A stretch of DNA of 61,659 nt, the filler included. It is 6 parts of 6 records of this genome, joined end to end, with 100 filler letters (N's around TTAATTAATTAA, not from the genome) between each part and the next. Parts side by side here need not be neighbours in the genome. Positions count along the whole stretch, not along the records: positions 1 to 21,939 come from SRR31156797_9998; 5 more parts are not named here. One strand, given 5' to 3'. Shown one piece after another: positions 1-9,755 of the stretch. The position numbers and the translations under genes were made by a program. Each line of letters starts with the position of its first letter. The first letter of the stretch is position 1. The notes beneath the pieces were generated by a model, which worked only from the letters and a program-made list of their open reading frames with translations, ran no database searches and was not told where the DNA came from.

Positions 1-66
1 TTATTGTTTTTGTTGCTTTATCAAGTTGAGTGTAACCGCCAATGAAATCTATCTTTTGTTACCTGT
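1..66 (-). mobile_element. Possible left arm of an integron attC-like site, cut by the window edge
   Basis: On the minus strand the stop of 59..490 lies inside CAGG-TAAC, followed by AAAAG-ATAGATTTCATTGGCGG. This resembles the R''/L'' arm of long Bacteroidota attC sites as I recall them. The partner arm is outside the window. Confidence 0.4.
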
Positions 67-490
67 TCTTATCAATCTTTTCTAAAAAATAGTTGTTTGT
101 TCTTTTTGCAACAACCTGAACACCAATAGTTATAAATAATGTATCTAATAATATGGTAACGCTAATTATATAGTAAATGCTCGAGCTAATATCTGGATTT
201 GACTCAAGTGATAACTCATACCATATTGCCAACAATTCACAAAGAACTGCCCAGAAAGTAAGAAAAACGATAAGTTTTATTTTCTCTTGTTTTTTAAAAT
301 GACGATGGTGATTCTTTGTAAAATGCCAACATATTGGAGTAAGTGTAGCATATATTATTAGTACCAATCCAAAAACACCTAGGCTTTTCTCTGGAGCAAT
401 AGTATCTATTAGAAATCCAATACTTATCCATAAAATTGGTAGAATAAGGGAGTAAAGAAATAAATTTGGTGTTTTAGTTGAGTTTTCCAT
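59..490 (-). CDS. Small 4-TM hypothetical membrane protein (possibly ABZJ_00895-like)
   Basis: 143 aa ORF with four hydrophobic segments and a basic loop, FTKNHHRHFKKQEK. Confidence 0.65.
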   Translation of the reverse strand: MENSTKTPNLFLYSLILPILWISIGFLIDTIAPEKSLGVFGLVLIIYATLTPICWHFTKNHHRHFKKQEKIKLIVFLTFWAVLCELLAIWYELSLESNPDISSSIYYIISVTILLDTLFITIGVQVVAKRTNNYFLEKIDKNR

Positions 491-700
491 TTTATAAAGT
501 TGTAAAGTGTTATTGATTAAGGATGTTTTTAGATTCCACTTGCAGTAAAAATAACCCCCGAATTTATGAAAACCACCATAATTAACAAAATATCCTCCCT
601 GTAAAGTTTGAAGTCAAAATTATTTCAAGAAATTTCGTTGGTGGTTAAACCATTTAAGGGAATAAGAGTCTTAGCATCAGTAATCAATAAAAAAGGAAAA

Positions 701-1528
701 ATGAAGAAGATATTACTTGCTGTATTTAGCCTATTTATAAGTTTGGGAACTGCTTTGCAAGCTCAGGAATTTCAAGGAAAAGCTTATTATGAAAGCCGAA
801 CCACTATAAAAATGGATTTTGGTGGAAGAAATATTCCTGAAGATAGAAAGCAAATGATTTTGGAGCGAATGAAAAAAGCAGGAGAGAAAACATTTGTTTT
901 GTCTTTTAATCGCGTGGAATCTTTATACAAAGAAGAGCAGAAATTGGAACAGCCTGGAATGGGCGGTGGTAAAGGAATGCGTTTTGGAATGATGCAAGGT
1001 GGAGGTGAAGATTACTACAAGAATGTAAAAGAGGGAACCTATGCCGTAAAGAATGATTTGTTTGGGAAACTATTTTTGGTGAAGGATAGTCTACCCAAGT
1101 TGGATTGGAAAATGGAGGCGGAAACAAAGAAGATTGGGAATTATACCGCTTATAAAGCTACTGCTATAAAAAAGGTGAAGCGTAGGAATATGTCAGCTAT
1201 ATTCAACCGAAATCAGGATAAAAAACAAGAAGTTTATACAGAGAAGGAAGTTCATGTAGTGGCTTGGTACTCGCCAAAGATTCCAGTAAATCAAGGTCCG
1301 GCAAATTACTCAGGCTTACCAGGTTTAATTCTTGAGGTAAGTGACGATCAGACCTCAATTATCTGCTCTAAACTGGTTATGAATCCAAAAGAAAAGATGG
1401 TGATAAAAGCACCTAAAAAGGGGAAAAAAGTTAGCCAGGCAGAATATGACGAGATTGCGAGTAAGAAAATGAAGGAAATGAGAGAGAATGGCGGATTTAG
1501 AGGTCCGGGACAAGGGAAAAGGAGATAG
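701..1528 (+). CDS. GLPGLI family protein
   Basis: Signal peptide MKKILLAV from the ATG at 701; contains AWYSPKIPVNQGP and the GLPGLILE signature. Confidence 0.9.
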   Translation: MKKILLAVFSLFISLGTALQAQEFQGKAYYESRTTIKMDFGGRNIPEDRKQMILERMKKAGEKTFVLSFNRVESLYKEEQKLEQPGMGGGKGMRFGMMQGGGEDYYKNVKEGTYAVKNDLFGKLFLVKDSLPKLDWKMEAETKKIGNYTAYKATAIKKVKRRNMSAIFNRNQDKKQEVYTEKEVHVVAWYSPKIPVNQGPANYSGLPGLILEVSDDQTSIICSKLVMNPKEKMVIKAPKKGKKVSQAEYDEIASKKMKEMRENGGFRGPGQGKRR

Positions 1529-1644
1529 AAAAGTAGAAAAGTAGAAAAGTCAAAAAGTAGAAGGGGCGAAAAGTTGAAGAGTCGAAAAGTTGAAGAGTCG
1601 AAGAGTCGAAAAGTTGAAGAGTCAAAAGTCGAAGGGGCGAGAAA
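1526..1644 (+). repeat. Degenerate 8-nt tandem repeat, about 15 units, consensus T(A/C/T)GAA(A/G)AG
   Basis: TAGAAAAG x3, TCAAAAAG, TAGAAGGG, GCGAAAAG, then alternating TTGAAGAG/TCGAAAAG units; starts at the GLPGLI stop codon. Confidence 0.9.
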
Positions 1645-1675
1645 TCAGAGGGTTGAAAGAAATTGATTTGAAGAA

Positions 1676-1714
1676 TTCTCTCTTTTAGTGGAGATCCCGA
1701 AAGGGAGAGGGGGG
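1676..1714 (+). repeat. REP-like palindromic element
   Basis: TTCTCTCTTTTAGTGGAGA-TCCC-GAAA-GGGA-GAGGGGG: a GNRA-capped hairpin, GC-rich within AT-rich intergenic DNA. Confidence 0.45.
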
Positions 1715-1784
1715 CAAAAGAAAAAATTTTGTTTAGAAGTAATCCCGCTACATCATATAATTCATAAGGTAAATTTATAAAATC

Positions 1785-4478
1785 ATGAAGAAATATTTTT
1801 TCATACTGGTATTGCTATGCTCTTATTTTTGGAGTTACGCACAGGAAGACATCACATTAAAGGGAATAGTTCGAGATACCGAAGGTGTTGCCGTGGAAAT
1901 GGCAAATGTGATAGCCGTAAATTCGGATTCTAAATTGTTGGAATCGTATTGTGTTACCAATCATAGTGGATTGTACAAGCTAAAATTGAAATCAGGCTCG
2001 AATTATGATATTAAAATTAGCTTTATAGGTTTTGGTGCCAAGGAGTTTTATTTTTCGGCAGATGAAAATGATGCTGTGAAGGATGTGGAGATTGCTGAAG
2101 AGGAAAGTATGTTGCAGGAGGTGGACGTGACTTATACCATGCCGGTTATGGTAAAGGGGGATACTATTGTTTATGATACCGATTCGTTTACAACGGGTAC
2201 CGAGCGGAAACTAAAAGATGTTTTGGTGAGTTTGCCAGGTGTAGAGTTGAATGATGACGGGCAGATTGAGGTGGAAGGAAAGCAGGTGCAAAAGGTGATG
2301 GTTGAAGGGAAGGATTTTTTTGATGGAGATTCTAAAATTGCTTCGGATAACATTCCTGCCGATGCTGTTGATAAAATTGAAGTGCTTCGAAATTACAATG
2401 AGATTAGTCAAATGCAAGGCTTAACCAATGACGAGGACAATATTGCATTGAATATTAAATTGAAATCGGGGAAGAAGAGTTTCTGGTTTGGCGAGTTGAC
2501 TGCAGGGGTCGGTCCCGATGACAAATATTTGGCTCATCCGAAATTGTTCTACTACAGCCCTAAATTTAGTTTAAATCTGATTACTGATGTGAATAATATT
2601 GGAGAAGTGCCTTTTACCAGAAGAGATTATATGAATTTTACTGGTGGTTTTAAAGGATTCAATCCTGGTGGTGGAAGCTCCATTGGCACCGGATCGGATG
2701 CCTTGGGCTTGTCCAGCTTGCAAAACAATAAAGCCAAGGATATCGAAACTAAATTTGCCGCCCTGAATTTTAACTATTCACCATCTGAAACCTGGGATCT
2801 TGGTGGATTTGGAATCTACTCCTATACCGGAACTTTGATGGAAACACAGAGTACAACTACTTACGAATTGGAAGGGAATCAGTCTCAGGTAGAGGAAAGT
2901 ATAAAGAAGAATGATCAGGAGGCAAGTTTAGGTTTGTTCAAGTTGAATTCAATTTACAAGCCAAATGCTAATTTTCAGTTCGATTACGATGTTTTTATCA
3001 AACAATCGGATGATATTGAAGAGGAAGAGGTGATTTCCTTAGTAGATGGAGTTTCGGATGAGATTTCTCAATTGAAGAAACAGAAGCCTATCTCCTTAAA
3101 TCAAACGGCGAAAATATATTACACCTTAAACGATAAAAATATATTTGCCTTCGATGCTCAGCATTTGTATAAAAATGAGGATCCGTTTTACAATGCGGTC
3201 CGCGATGAATTTGCTTTTACCGATTTGTTTCCGGTTGATGAATCGGTGAGTTTATACGATTTGAGTCAAAACAAGAGAATAATCACCAATAAGTTGGATG
3301 CTAAATTGGATTATTACTTGGTTACTGGCGATAAGAGCAATATCCAGTTTACTTTGGGAACAACACAGAATCATCAAAATTTCGATTCAGATATTTTTCA
3401 AGTATTGGATGATGGTGAAAAATTGGAGATGCAAGGCAGCGATTATATGAACGATGTGAAATTTAATGTTTCCGATCTGTTTTTTGAGTTTCATTACAAA
3501 TTAAAAGCAGGGATTTTCACATTTAATCCGGGATTTAGCGTACATCAATTCGAAACAAAAAGTTCACAAAACAACGTGAATTACAAAGATGATTTAACCT
3601 CAGTTTTACCTGATGTTTATATTAATATGCAGTTGAAGAAATCTGAGAATCTTCGTTTCAATTATAATATCACCCGAAGTTTTACCGATGTTTCGAAATA
3701 TGCCGAGGCTTATGTTTTGAATAATTACAATTCTGTTTATAGTGGTAACCCGGAATTGGAGAGTTCTCTTAAGCACAATTTATCCTTGAATTTCTTCAGC
3801 TTTAACATGTTTAATTTTACCAATATGTTTGCGAATATCAGCTATTCTAAAAGCATTGAGGGGTTTAAAAATAATGTTGTTCCTATTGGAATTAATCAGA
3901 TAAATACGACAGAGAATTCTGATTTGGCTGACGAATCATTAAGCATGAACGCACGTTATCAAAGAACATTCCATAAAATAAAAGCTTCGGCAAAAGCAAA
4001 GGTTTCATGGTCTGAGACGAATAATCTGGTGAATTCACTGCCTAGTAAATCAGAGAGCTTTTCGCAAATTTATAACATGTCGGTAGGAACCAACTTTAAA
4101 AATGCTCCTAATATTGAGATAGGATATAAGTATGCTATTAATGATTACGATAGAGGAGCGACTAGTACGACCTATTATACGCAAAAACCCTTTGCAAAAT
4201 TTGATGCTGCCTTTTTAAAGAATTTTATTCTTACCGCTGATTATGAATTTTACAATTATTCAAATAAAGACAATACAATATTGAATGAGTATAGTTTTCT
4301 TGATGCAGAATTGCTTTATCACAAGAAAGATTCGAAATGGGAGTTTGGCTTGAAAGGAAAGAATTTATTGGATACAAAATCGATGGATAGTAATAGCGAG
4401 TCTGATTTTTCTTATTCTACCTCTACTTATTTTGTACAACCAAGATATGTGCTGTTTACTGTGAAGTATGATATTTAA
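1785..4478 (+). CDS. TonB-dependent-receptor-like outer-membrane beta-barrel with N-terminal carboxypeptidase-regulatory-like domain
   Basis: Signal peptide; GDTIVY..LPGV..VEGKDFF..NIPADAVDKIEV plug-like motifs; C-terminal QPRYVLFTVKYDI; follows a GLPGLI gene. Confidence 0.85.
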   Translation: MKKYFFILVLLCSYFWSYAQEDITLKGIVRDTEGVAVEMANVIAVNSDSKLLESYCVTNHSGLYKLKLKSGSNYDIKISFIGFGAKEFYFSADENDAVKDVEIAEEESMLQEVDVTYTMPVMVKGDTIVYDTDSFTTGTERKLKDVLVSLPGVELNDDGQIEVEGKQVQKVMVEGKDFFDGDSKIASDNIPADAVDKIEVLRNYNEISQMQGLTNDEDNIALNIKLKSGKKSFWFGELTAGVGPDDKYLAHPKLFYYSPKFSLNLITDVNNIGEVPFTRRDYMNFTGGFKGFNPGGGSSIGTGSDALGLSSLQNNKAKDIETKFAALNFNYSPSETWDLGGFGIYSYTGTLMETQSTTTYELEGNQSQVEESIKKNDQEASLGLFKLNSIYKPNANFQFDYDVFIKQSDDIEEEEVISLVDGVSDEISQLKKQKPISLNQTAKIYYTLNDKNIFAFDAQHLYKNEDPFYNAVRDEFAFTDLFPVDESVSLYDLSQNKRIITNKLDAKLDYYLVTGDKSNIQFTLGTTQNHQNFDSDIFQVLDDGEKLEMQGSDYMNDVKFNVSDLFFEFHYKLKAGIFTFNPGFSVHQFETKSSQNNVNYKDDLTSVLPDVYINMQLKKSENLRFNYNITRSFTDVSKYAEAYVLNNYNSVYSGNPELESSLKHNLSLNFFSFNMFNFTNMFANISYSKSIEGFKNNVVPIGINQINTTENSDLADESLSMNARYQRTFHKIKASAKAKVSWSETNNLVNSLPSKSESFSQIYNMSVGTNFKNAPNIEIGYKYAINDYDRGATSTTYYTQKPFAKFDAAFLKNFILTADYEFYNYSNKDNTILNEYSFLDAELLYHKKDSKWEFGLKGKNLLDTKSMDSNSESDFSYSTSTYFVQPRYVLFTVKYDI

Positions 4479-4505
4479 TATGAAAGAATAATTACCAATT
4501 ATAAT

Positions 4506-4545
4506 TTACAGTCAGTGGGTTTGAACACTGACTGTAATTTTTTTT
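4506..4545 (+). terminator. Intrinsic terminator
   Basis: Perfect 12-bp stem TTACAGTCAGTG/CACTGACTGTAA followed by T8. Confidence 0.85.
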
Positions 4546-4613
4546 GAGTCCTCAAGCCGGACGGGCTCTTCACTTCTGTCAATTGTTAATTTATCATTCC
4601 TAATTGATAATTA

Positions 4614-5354
4614 TCATCTGTTCCAGATTTCCCAGTTTTTTTCTGCCTGAAGATGAAGCATGCGTAAGCCATTGTGAGTTTTGGCACCTTGTGCAGCTCC
4701 TTTTTTCATGAAAAGAGTTTCTGCAGGATTGTAAACCAAATCGTAAAGGAAATGATCTTTTGTCAGTAATGAGTAAGGAATATCAGGACAAGTATCTTCT
4801 TTAGGAAAAGTACCTAAAGGGGAACAGTTAACAATAAGCTTGTAATTAGCTATAATATCAGCATTGAGCTGTTCGTAGGTAAAGCAATTCTCTTTTGCAT
4901 TTCTGCTTACAAACTTGTAGTCAATACCTAGATTTTCTAATCCACCAGCAACGGCTTTCGAAGCGCCTCCAGTTCCCAGAATTAAAGCATTAGGTCGCCT
5001 ATCACCTATGAATAATTTAAGAGATTCAAGAAAACCATAAATGTCTGTATTGTAACCCTTAAGTTTGATTTGATCTTGCTTACGAATAATTTGAACAGAA
5101 TTTACAGCCCCTAATTTCTCGGCAAGAGGATCAATTTCGTCCAGAAATGAAATGACCTCTTCTTTGTATGGAATGGTAACGCAAAAACCTTTTAGTTCAT
5201 TTTGCTGTGTTAATATATCTGTTAATTCCTGAATATTTGGCAATTCAAAGTTTAGGAATTCTGCATCAAGTTTTAATTTTTCGAATTTCTCACAAAAGTA
5301 TTTTTTTGAGAAAGAATGGCCTAAAGGATATCCAACAATTCCGTATGTGTTCAT
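4614..5354 (-). CDS. aroE: Shikimate dehydrogenase
   Basis: GYPLGHSFS, VTIPYKE, GAVN, GYNTD, LILGTGGA, DLVYNP and GLRML motifs. Confidence 0.92.
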   Translation of the reverse strand: MNTYGIVGYPLGHSFSKKYFCEKFEKLKLDAEFLNFELPNIQELTDILTQQNELKGFCVTIPYKEEVISFLDEIDPLAEKLGAVNSVQIIRKQDQIKLKGYNTDIYGFLESLKLFIGDRRPNALILGTGGASKAVAGGLENLGIDYKFVSRNAKENCFTYEQLNADIIANYKLIVNCSPLGTFPKEDTCPDIPYSLLTKDHFLYDLVYNPAETLFMKKGAAQGAKTHNGLRMLHLQAEKNWEIWNR

Positions 5355-5389
5355 TTTGCTGTGGTTAATGGTTAATTCGTTTGGAAAGT

Positions 5390-6322
5390 TTAATTGGTTT
5401 CAGGAGAGTACTTCTCCATAACCCAAATCAATAAAAATCCTACGACAGCTAATGCTAGCGCAAAAAATACTTGAGAATCCTGGTTTGCTAAAGTTTCAAA
5501 AGTACCTGGAAGAATGTTATCTTGAATTACAGGAACAATTTCTCCATGTCTGTCAACTCTTGTGGTAAGGGTTTCTTTCCATGGCCATACTTTATTTAAG
5601 GATCCAATCATAAATCCAGAAAGTAAACCAATGGTCATGTTGTGATACTTATTCAATAACCAGCTTAATAGGTGAGAGAAGCTCAGAATCCCAACTGCAG
5701 CACCTGCACCTACAACAGCAATTACATCAATTTTAAAGCTACTTAATGCACTTAAAATGTAATTGTATGATCCTAACAAAACTAAAATAAAGGCTCCCGA
5801 TATTCCAGGCAATATCATAGCGCAAATGGCTAATGCTCCCGATAAAAACAAAAACCAGTAACTAGTTGGCGCCTCGGCTGGAGTTATTTCGGTTATCATG
5901 TAGGCAATGCCAATACCTATTAGCATGGCAATAATTGTTCTGGCTTTCCACTCCGTAATTTTTTTGGCTATAACAATGGCCGAAGCTACTATTAGTCCAA
6001 AAAAGAAAGACCAAATTAGAATGGGTTGCGTTTCCAACAGATGTTTAATCAGTCTTGCCAATGTATAAAAACTGATACCAATACCCGAGATCAATGCCAA
6101 AAGAAAATTACCATTTACGGCTTTCCAAAAATCTTTTAGTTTGAAAGTGAAAAGCAATTTAATAGAACTCAGATTAACTGATTTAATGGTGTTGATTAAT
6201 TCTTCGTAGATTCCGGTAATGAACGCAATTGTTCCGCCTGAAACACCTGGAACTACATCGGCAGCTCCCATTCCCATACCTTTTAAGGCAATGATAACAT
6301 AATCTTTAATTTTTCTGGACAT
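5390..6322 (-). CDS. DUF368 family membrane protein (undecaprenyl-phosphate translocase-like)
   Basis: GMGAADVVPGVSGGTIAFITGIYE and the internal repeat AMILPGISG. Confidence 0.9.
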   Translation of the reverse strand: MSRKIKDYVIIALKGMGMGAADVVPGVSGGTIAFITGIYEELINTIKSVNLSSIKLLFTFKLKDFWKAVNGNFLLALISGIGISFYTLARLIKHLLETQPILIWSFFFGLIVASAIVIAKKITEWKARTIIAMLIGIGIAYMITEITPAEAPTSYWFLFLSGALAICAMILPGISGAFILVLLGSYNYILSALSSFKIDVIAVVGAGAAVGILSFSHLLSWLLNKYHNMTIGLLSGFMIGSLNKVWPWKETLTTRVDRHGEIVPVIQDNILPGTFETLANQDSQVFFALALAVVGFLLIWVMEKYSPETN

Positions 6323-6364
6323 ATCTATCTTCAGATTGAAAGTGTAAGTGTGTATTTACTGGTT

Positions 6365-7768
6365 CTAAGAGTATAATTGAATGATATTGTTGAAGTCCTC
6401 GTTGTCTTCTAATTCTGGAAATTGAAGGAAGATATCTTTAATGTTGTCGGACTCAACATCAACCGATTTTTTAATGTAGTTTTCTGCTGAACTCAAATCA
6501 TCTGTAAGCATGTAGTATGCGGCAAGATTGTTAAGGATTTGTGCAGAATCCGGATTGTAATCCAAGCTTTCCAATAGAACATCAATTGCAGTCTCCTGCT
6601 TGTCATTTTGATGGTAAAATTCAGCAAGTGTTATGGAGTAAGTGGGATCATATGGATCCAGGTCGATTGCCTCTCGAAATGCCTGAACTGCTTTTTGAGG
6701 ATTTTGAGATCTTGTATATGCTGAACCCAGAGCAAACCAATAATCAGGATTCTCATCATCTAGTTTTTTGGATTTTTCCAGATACACAATGGCTTCATCA
6801 ATCTTATCCTGATACATTAGAATCAATCCCATTCCAAACCATGGTTCTGGAATGGTTTCATTGGTTTTTATTGCAGTTTCGTAGTAATTTAAAGCCTGAT
6901 CGTATTCGCTCAATTTCTCGAAACACTCACCAATGTAGGAGTAGGTAGAGGAGTGATCGTCTTCAAATTCCAGATATTCGATATAGTATTTTATAGCTTC
7001 CTCGAATTGCCCTGTATTGGCTAGTGCATTTGCCTTGTTAAAGTATGCTTTGCTGTGCTGATCGTTTACAGCCAAGGCGTATTCGTATGCATCAATTGCT
7101 TTCTCAAAATCTCCCATTCGGTTGTGAACGATACCAACATTGTACCATGCGTTGTCCGAAAAAGGATTTAAATCCAGATATCTGTGATAAGTATCAACAC
7201 TTTTTTGATCAAGTCCGAGTTTTTCATAGCAATAACCTAGCTCGAATAATACTTCCGAATCATCTTCGTTAAGTCTTACTGCTTCTTCCAGGTAGCCAAC
7301 TGCCAGGTCGAACTGATTCAGCTGCTCAAATGCCAGTGCGATTCTAAAAAGCAGATCTTCTCTGTTTTCATGATCCTTCGTTAAGGCTTCGTCGAATTGT
7401 TTTTTTGCACTCTGGTGTTTCCCCAAAAGGTTATAGATATTTCCTTTTAGAAGCCAAATTTCCTTATTTGAAGATTCAATTGATTGTACCTTCTTTAAAA
7501 TAGAAAGCGCCTCAATATGCTGACCTCGGTTAATAAGAACTTGTGCTTTTTTGATTTGTAAGGAAATAGCCGCCGGATGTTGTTTACTGGCAATATTAGA
7601 AACCTTAACGGCTTCGGAAAGTTCATTTTTCTCGATATAATGATCTATGATACTTTCAAATTCATGTACATCGAAATAATAAAGCTTCTGGGCTTCAATC
7701 ATTTCTTCAAATCGACTTACCAAAGTAAGTGAATCTCCATCAAGATAGTTTTCTGTATTATCTATCAT
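6365..7768 (-). CDS. Tetratricopeptide repeat protein
   Basis: About ten consecutive TPR-like repeats (AWYNVG..AIDAYEYALAVND etc.). Confidence 0.9.
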   Translation of the reverse strand: MIDNTENYLDGDSLTLVSRFEEMIEAQKLYYFDVHEFESIIDHYIEKNELSEAVKVSNIASKQHPAAISLQIKKAQVLINRGQHIEALSILKKVQSIESSNKEIWLLKGNIYNLLGKHQSAKKQFDEALTKDHENREDLLFRIALAFEQLNQFDLAVGYLEEAVRLNEDDSEVLFELGYCYEKLGLDQKSVDTYHRYLDLNPFSDNAWYNVGIVHNRMGDFEKAIDAYEYALAVNDQHSKAYFNKANALANTGQFEEAIKYYIEYLEFEDDHSSTYSYIGECFEKLSEYDQALNYYETAIKTNETIPEPWFGMGLILMYQDKIDEAIVYLEKSKKLDDENPDYWFALGSAYTRSQNPQKAVQAFREAIDLDPYDPTYSITLAEFYHQNDKQETAIDVLLESLDYNPDSAQILNNLAAYYMLTDDLSSAENYIKKSVDVESDNIKDIFLQFPELEDNEDFNNIIQLYS

Positions 7769-7796
7769 TTACCAATTTAAAATGATTACTGCACTG

Positions 7797-7804
7797 CAAA
7801 AATA
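7797..7804 (-). promoter_or_regulatory. Bacteroidota sigma-ABfr -7 element for the TPR-DUF368-aroE unit
   Basis: TATTTTTG matches TAnnTTTG, with TTG about 19 nt upstream. Confidence 0.6.
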
Positions 7805-7919
7805 GGATTTATTTTAAAATAATCAAGTTGTAAGATATTAACAAAAACCAATCCAGGCTTCGCTAAAATGGGACAATTGCGTAAAAATAAACGACCTTGC
7901 TTGGCAAGGTCGTTGTTAA

Positions 7920-9476
7920 TTATAAGTTTCTGTGTTCTATTCTTAAAAGGTCAAAAATTGTCTTTACCGGATTAAAGGTAATGATTGGCACCTCAACAAA
8001 TACGGTATTCCAATCGGACATGGCACCATTCCATAAACCTGGTAATTCCATTGCTTTAAGTTCCGATCCGTTGTGCGATTTGTTCGAAATAAAACCCGTT
8101 TGTTTATCGATATAGTTTTGTAAAACAAATTTATTGCCTTTATAATCTTTAATACCACATACCAAATCAACAGGGTTGAAGTGAGTCGCTCGCTCAAAAA
8201 TGTTTTTCTGTCTGACATCTGATTTGTCAATTTGGGAGCCTTCGATAATTTGCAGAGAAACAGAACCATCGTTGTTTCTAGCCCAAAAAGGTCCACCTCC
8301 AGGTTCACCTTCGTTTTTAACCATTCCGCAAACTCGAATTGGTCTGTTAAATTTATCGAAAAGGTATTTTTTTAACTTTTCTGGATTGTCCTTTTTTAGA
8401 CTTGCAGGAGCTGTTGTGCAAAGTTTTTCTTCAAGAAAAGCCAACATTTCATCTAAATTCTCTTGTGTCAGATTTTCATCTTCTTCTAGTAGTTTTAAAT
8501 ATTCAAATATTACCGACTGATACTCTAGAAGCAATCCTGCCAATACTTTTTTGAATTGATAGGTTGTTTCTTTTAAACGATCAGGAACTACATTATCAAT
8601 GTTTTTAATGAAAACGACATCCGCATCAAGCTCATTTAAATTTTCAATTAAGGCTCCGTGTCCACCAGGACGGAAAAGAATTGTTCCATCTTCGTTGCGG
8701 TAAGGCTCGTTGTTTAGGTCAACAGCAATGGTATCTGTCGATGATTTTTGAACAGAATAGTCTACATCCAATTTGCCATCGTATTTTTCTTCGAAAGTAG
8801 ATTTTGTCTTCTGAAAACGCTGGTTGAAAAGCTCTTTGTGATCTTCAGAAACTGTTAAATGAATCTTAGCTTCGTTATTTTTATTTTTGGTGTAATTTAG
8901 GGCTTCAACCAGATGTTCCTCGAAAGAAGTTCTGGAATAAAGTTTATATCTATGGAATTTTAATAAACCTTTAGGCAGGTTTCCATAGTTTAGTCCTTTG
9001 TTGTTAAGAAGCATGGCTAAAATTTGCTTGAACTGATTCTTGTCAAGCATTTTTTCAAGATCCATCTCGCTATCGGTAATTACATTTTTTAGATCACCAT
9101 AAAAAGCAAAATCTTCTAAGCGATCAAAGAAGTTAAACATGGTTTCAGGACCCTTGTGGCACAAAAACTTCAAATATTCATCTTCAGTATCCTGATAAGT
9201 ATTTAAAAAATCGTAAAGACTTTTAAACATTCTTGAAGCAGCCCCCGAAGCAGGAACAAATTTTAATAAAGAGAGGTCTTTTGAATGTGTATTGTACACT
9301 TCTTCGTAAATCTCAAGTTCTTCATCTTTAATTTGAGTGATACCATCTTCCTTAGTTGCTGGTTTCTTTAACTTCATTTTTGGGAATCCAGTGCTGAAGT
9401 TATTTAGTTGTTCTTCAATGGTTTCCTGTGCAATTCCTTTTGATTGGAATTGAGATAGGTCTTTTTCTGAAAACAT
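7920..9476 (-). CDS. DUF4301 family protein (nucleotidyltransferase-like motifs)
   Basis: KFVPASGAASRMFK, FRPGGHGALIENL, FIKNIDNV, GEPGGGPF, THFNPVDLVC and ELPGLWNGAM. Confidence 0.9.
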   Translation of the reverse strand: MFSEKDLSQFQSKGIAQETIEEQLNNFSTGFPKMKLKKPATKEDGITQIKDEELEIYEEVYNTHSKDLSLLKFVPASGAASRMFKSLYDFLNTYQDTEDEYLKFLCHKGPETMFNFFDRLEDFAFYGDLKNVITDSEMDLEKMLDKNQFKQILAMLLNNKGLNYGNLPKGLLKFHRYKLYSRTSFEEHLVEALNYTKNKNNEAKIHLTVSEDHKELFNQRFQKTKSTFEEKYDGKLDVDYSVQKSSTDTIAVDLNNEPYRNEDGTILFRPGGHGALIENLNELDADVVFIKNIDNVVPDRLKETTYQFKKVLAGLLLEYQSVIFEYLKLLEEDENLTQENLDEMLAFLEEKLCTTAPASLKKDNPEKLKKYLFDKFNRPIRVCGMVKNEGEPGGGPFWARNNDGSVSLQIIEGSQIDKSDVRQKNIFERATHFNPVDLVCGIKDYKGNKFVLQNYIDKQTGFISNKSHNGSELKAMELPGLWNGAMSDWNTVFVEVPIITFNPVKTIFDLLRIEHRNL

Positions 9477-9728
9477 GAGTAAAGTTTTATTATAGTGTCT
9501 CAGGCAATATAAAGAATACTTTTATGAAATGAAAAGGCATTTCCATTTAAAAAGAAAATAATTATGCAATCAGCTTATTTTAAGGAGTTGAACGGATTTT
9601 TTGTCTACTATAATTTATTACTATGAAATGTATTTAATTTGAAGTTCGAATAGGCTAAAAAGACTATTTTATAATCTTTAGAGGTATTCCATATTAATTG
9701 GATGACCTTAAAGCATAGATTTCTTTTG

Positions 9729-9736
9729 TACTTTTG
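9729..9736 (+). promoter_or_regulatory. Bacteroidota -7 promoter element
   Basis: TACTTTTG about 20 nt before the ATG at 9756. Confidence 0.55.
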
Positions 9737-9755
9737 AGCCAAATTAAAATTTGGT

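Noticed and set aside
1526..1644. Repeat array as possible CRISPR
   Set aside because: 8-nt contiguous units, no unique spacers and no cas genes.
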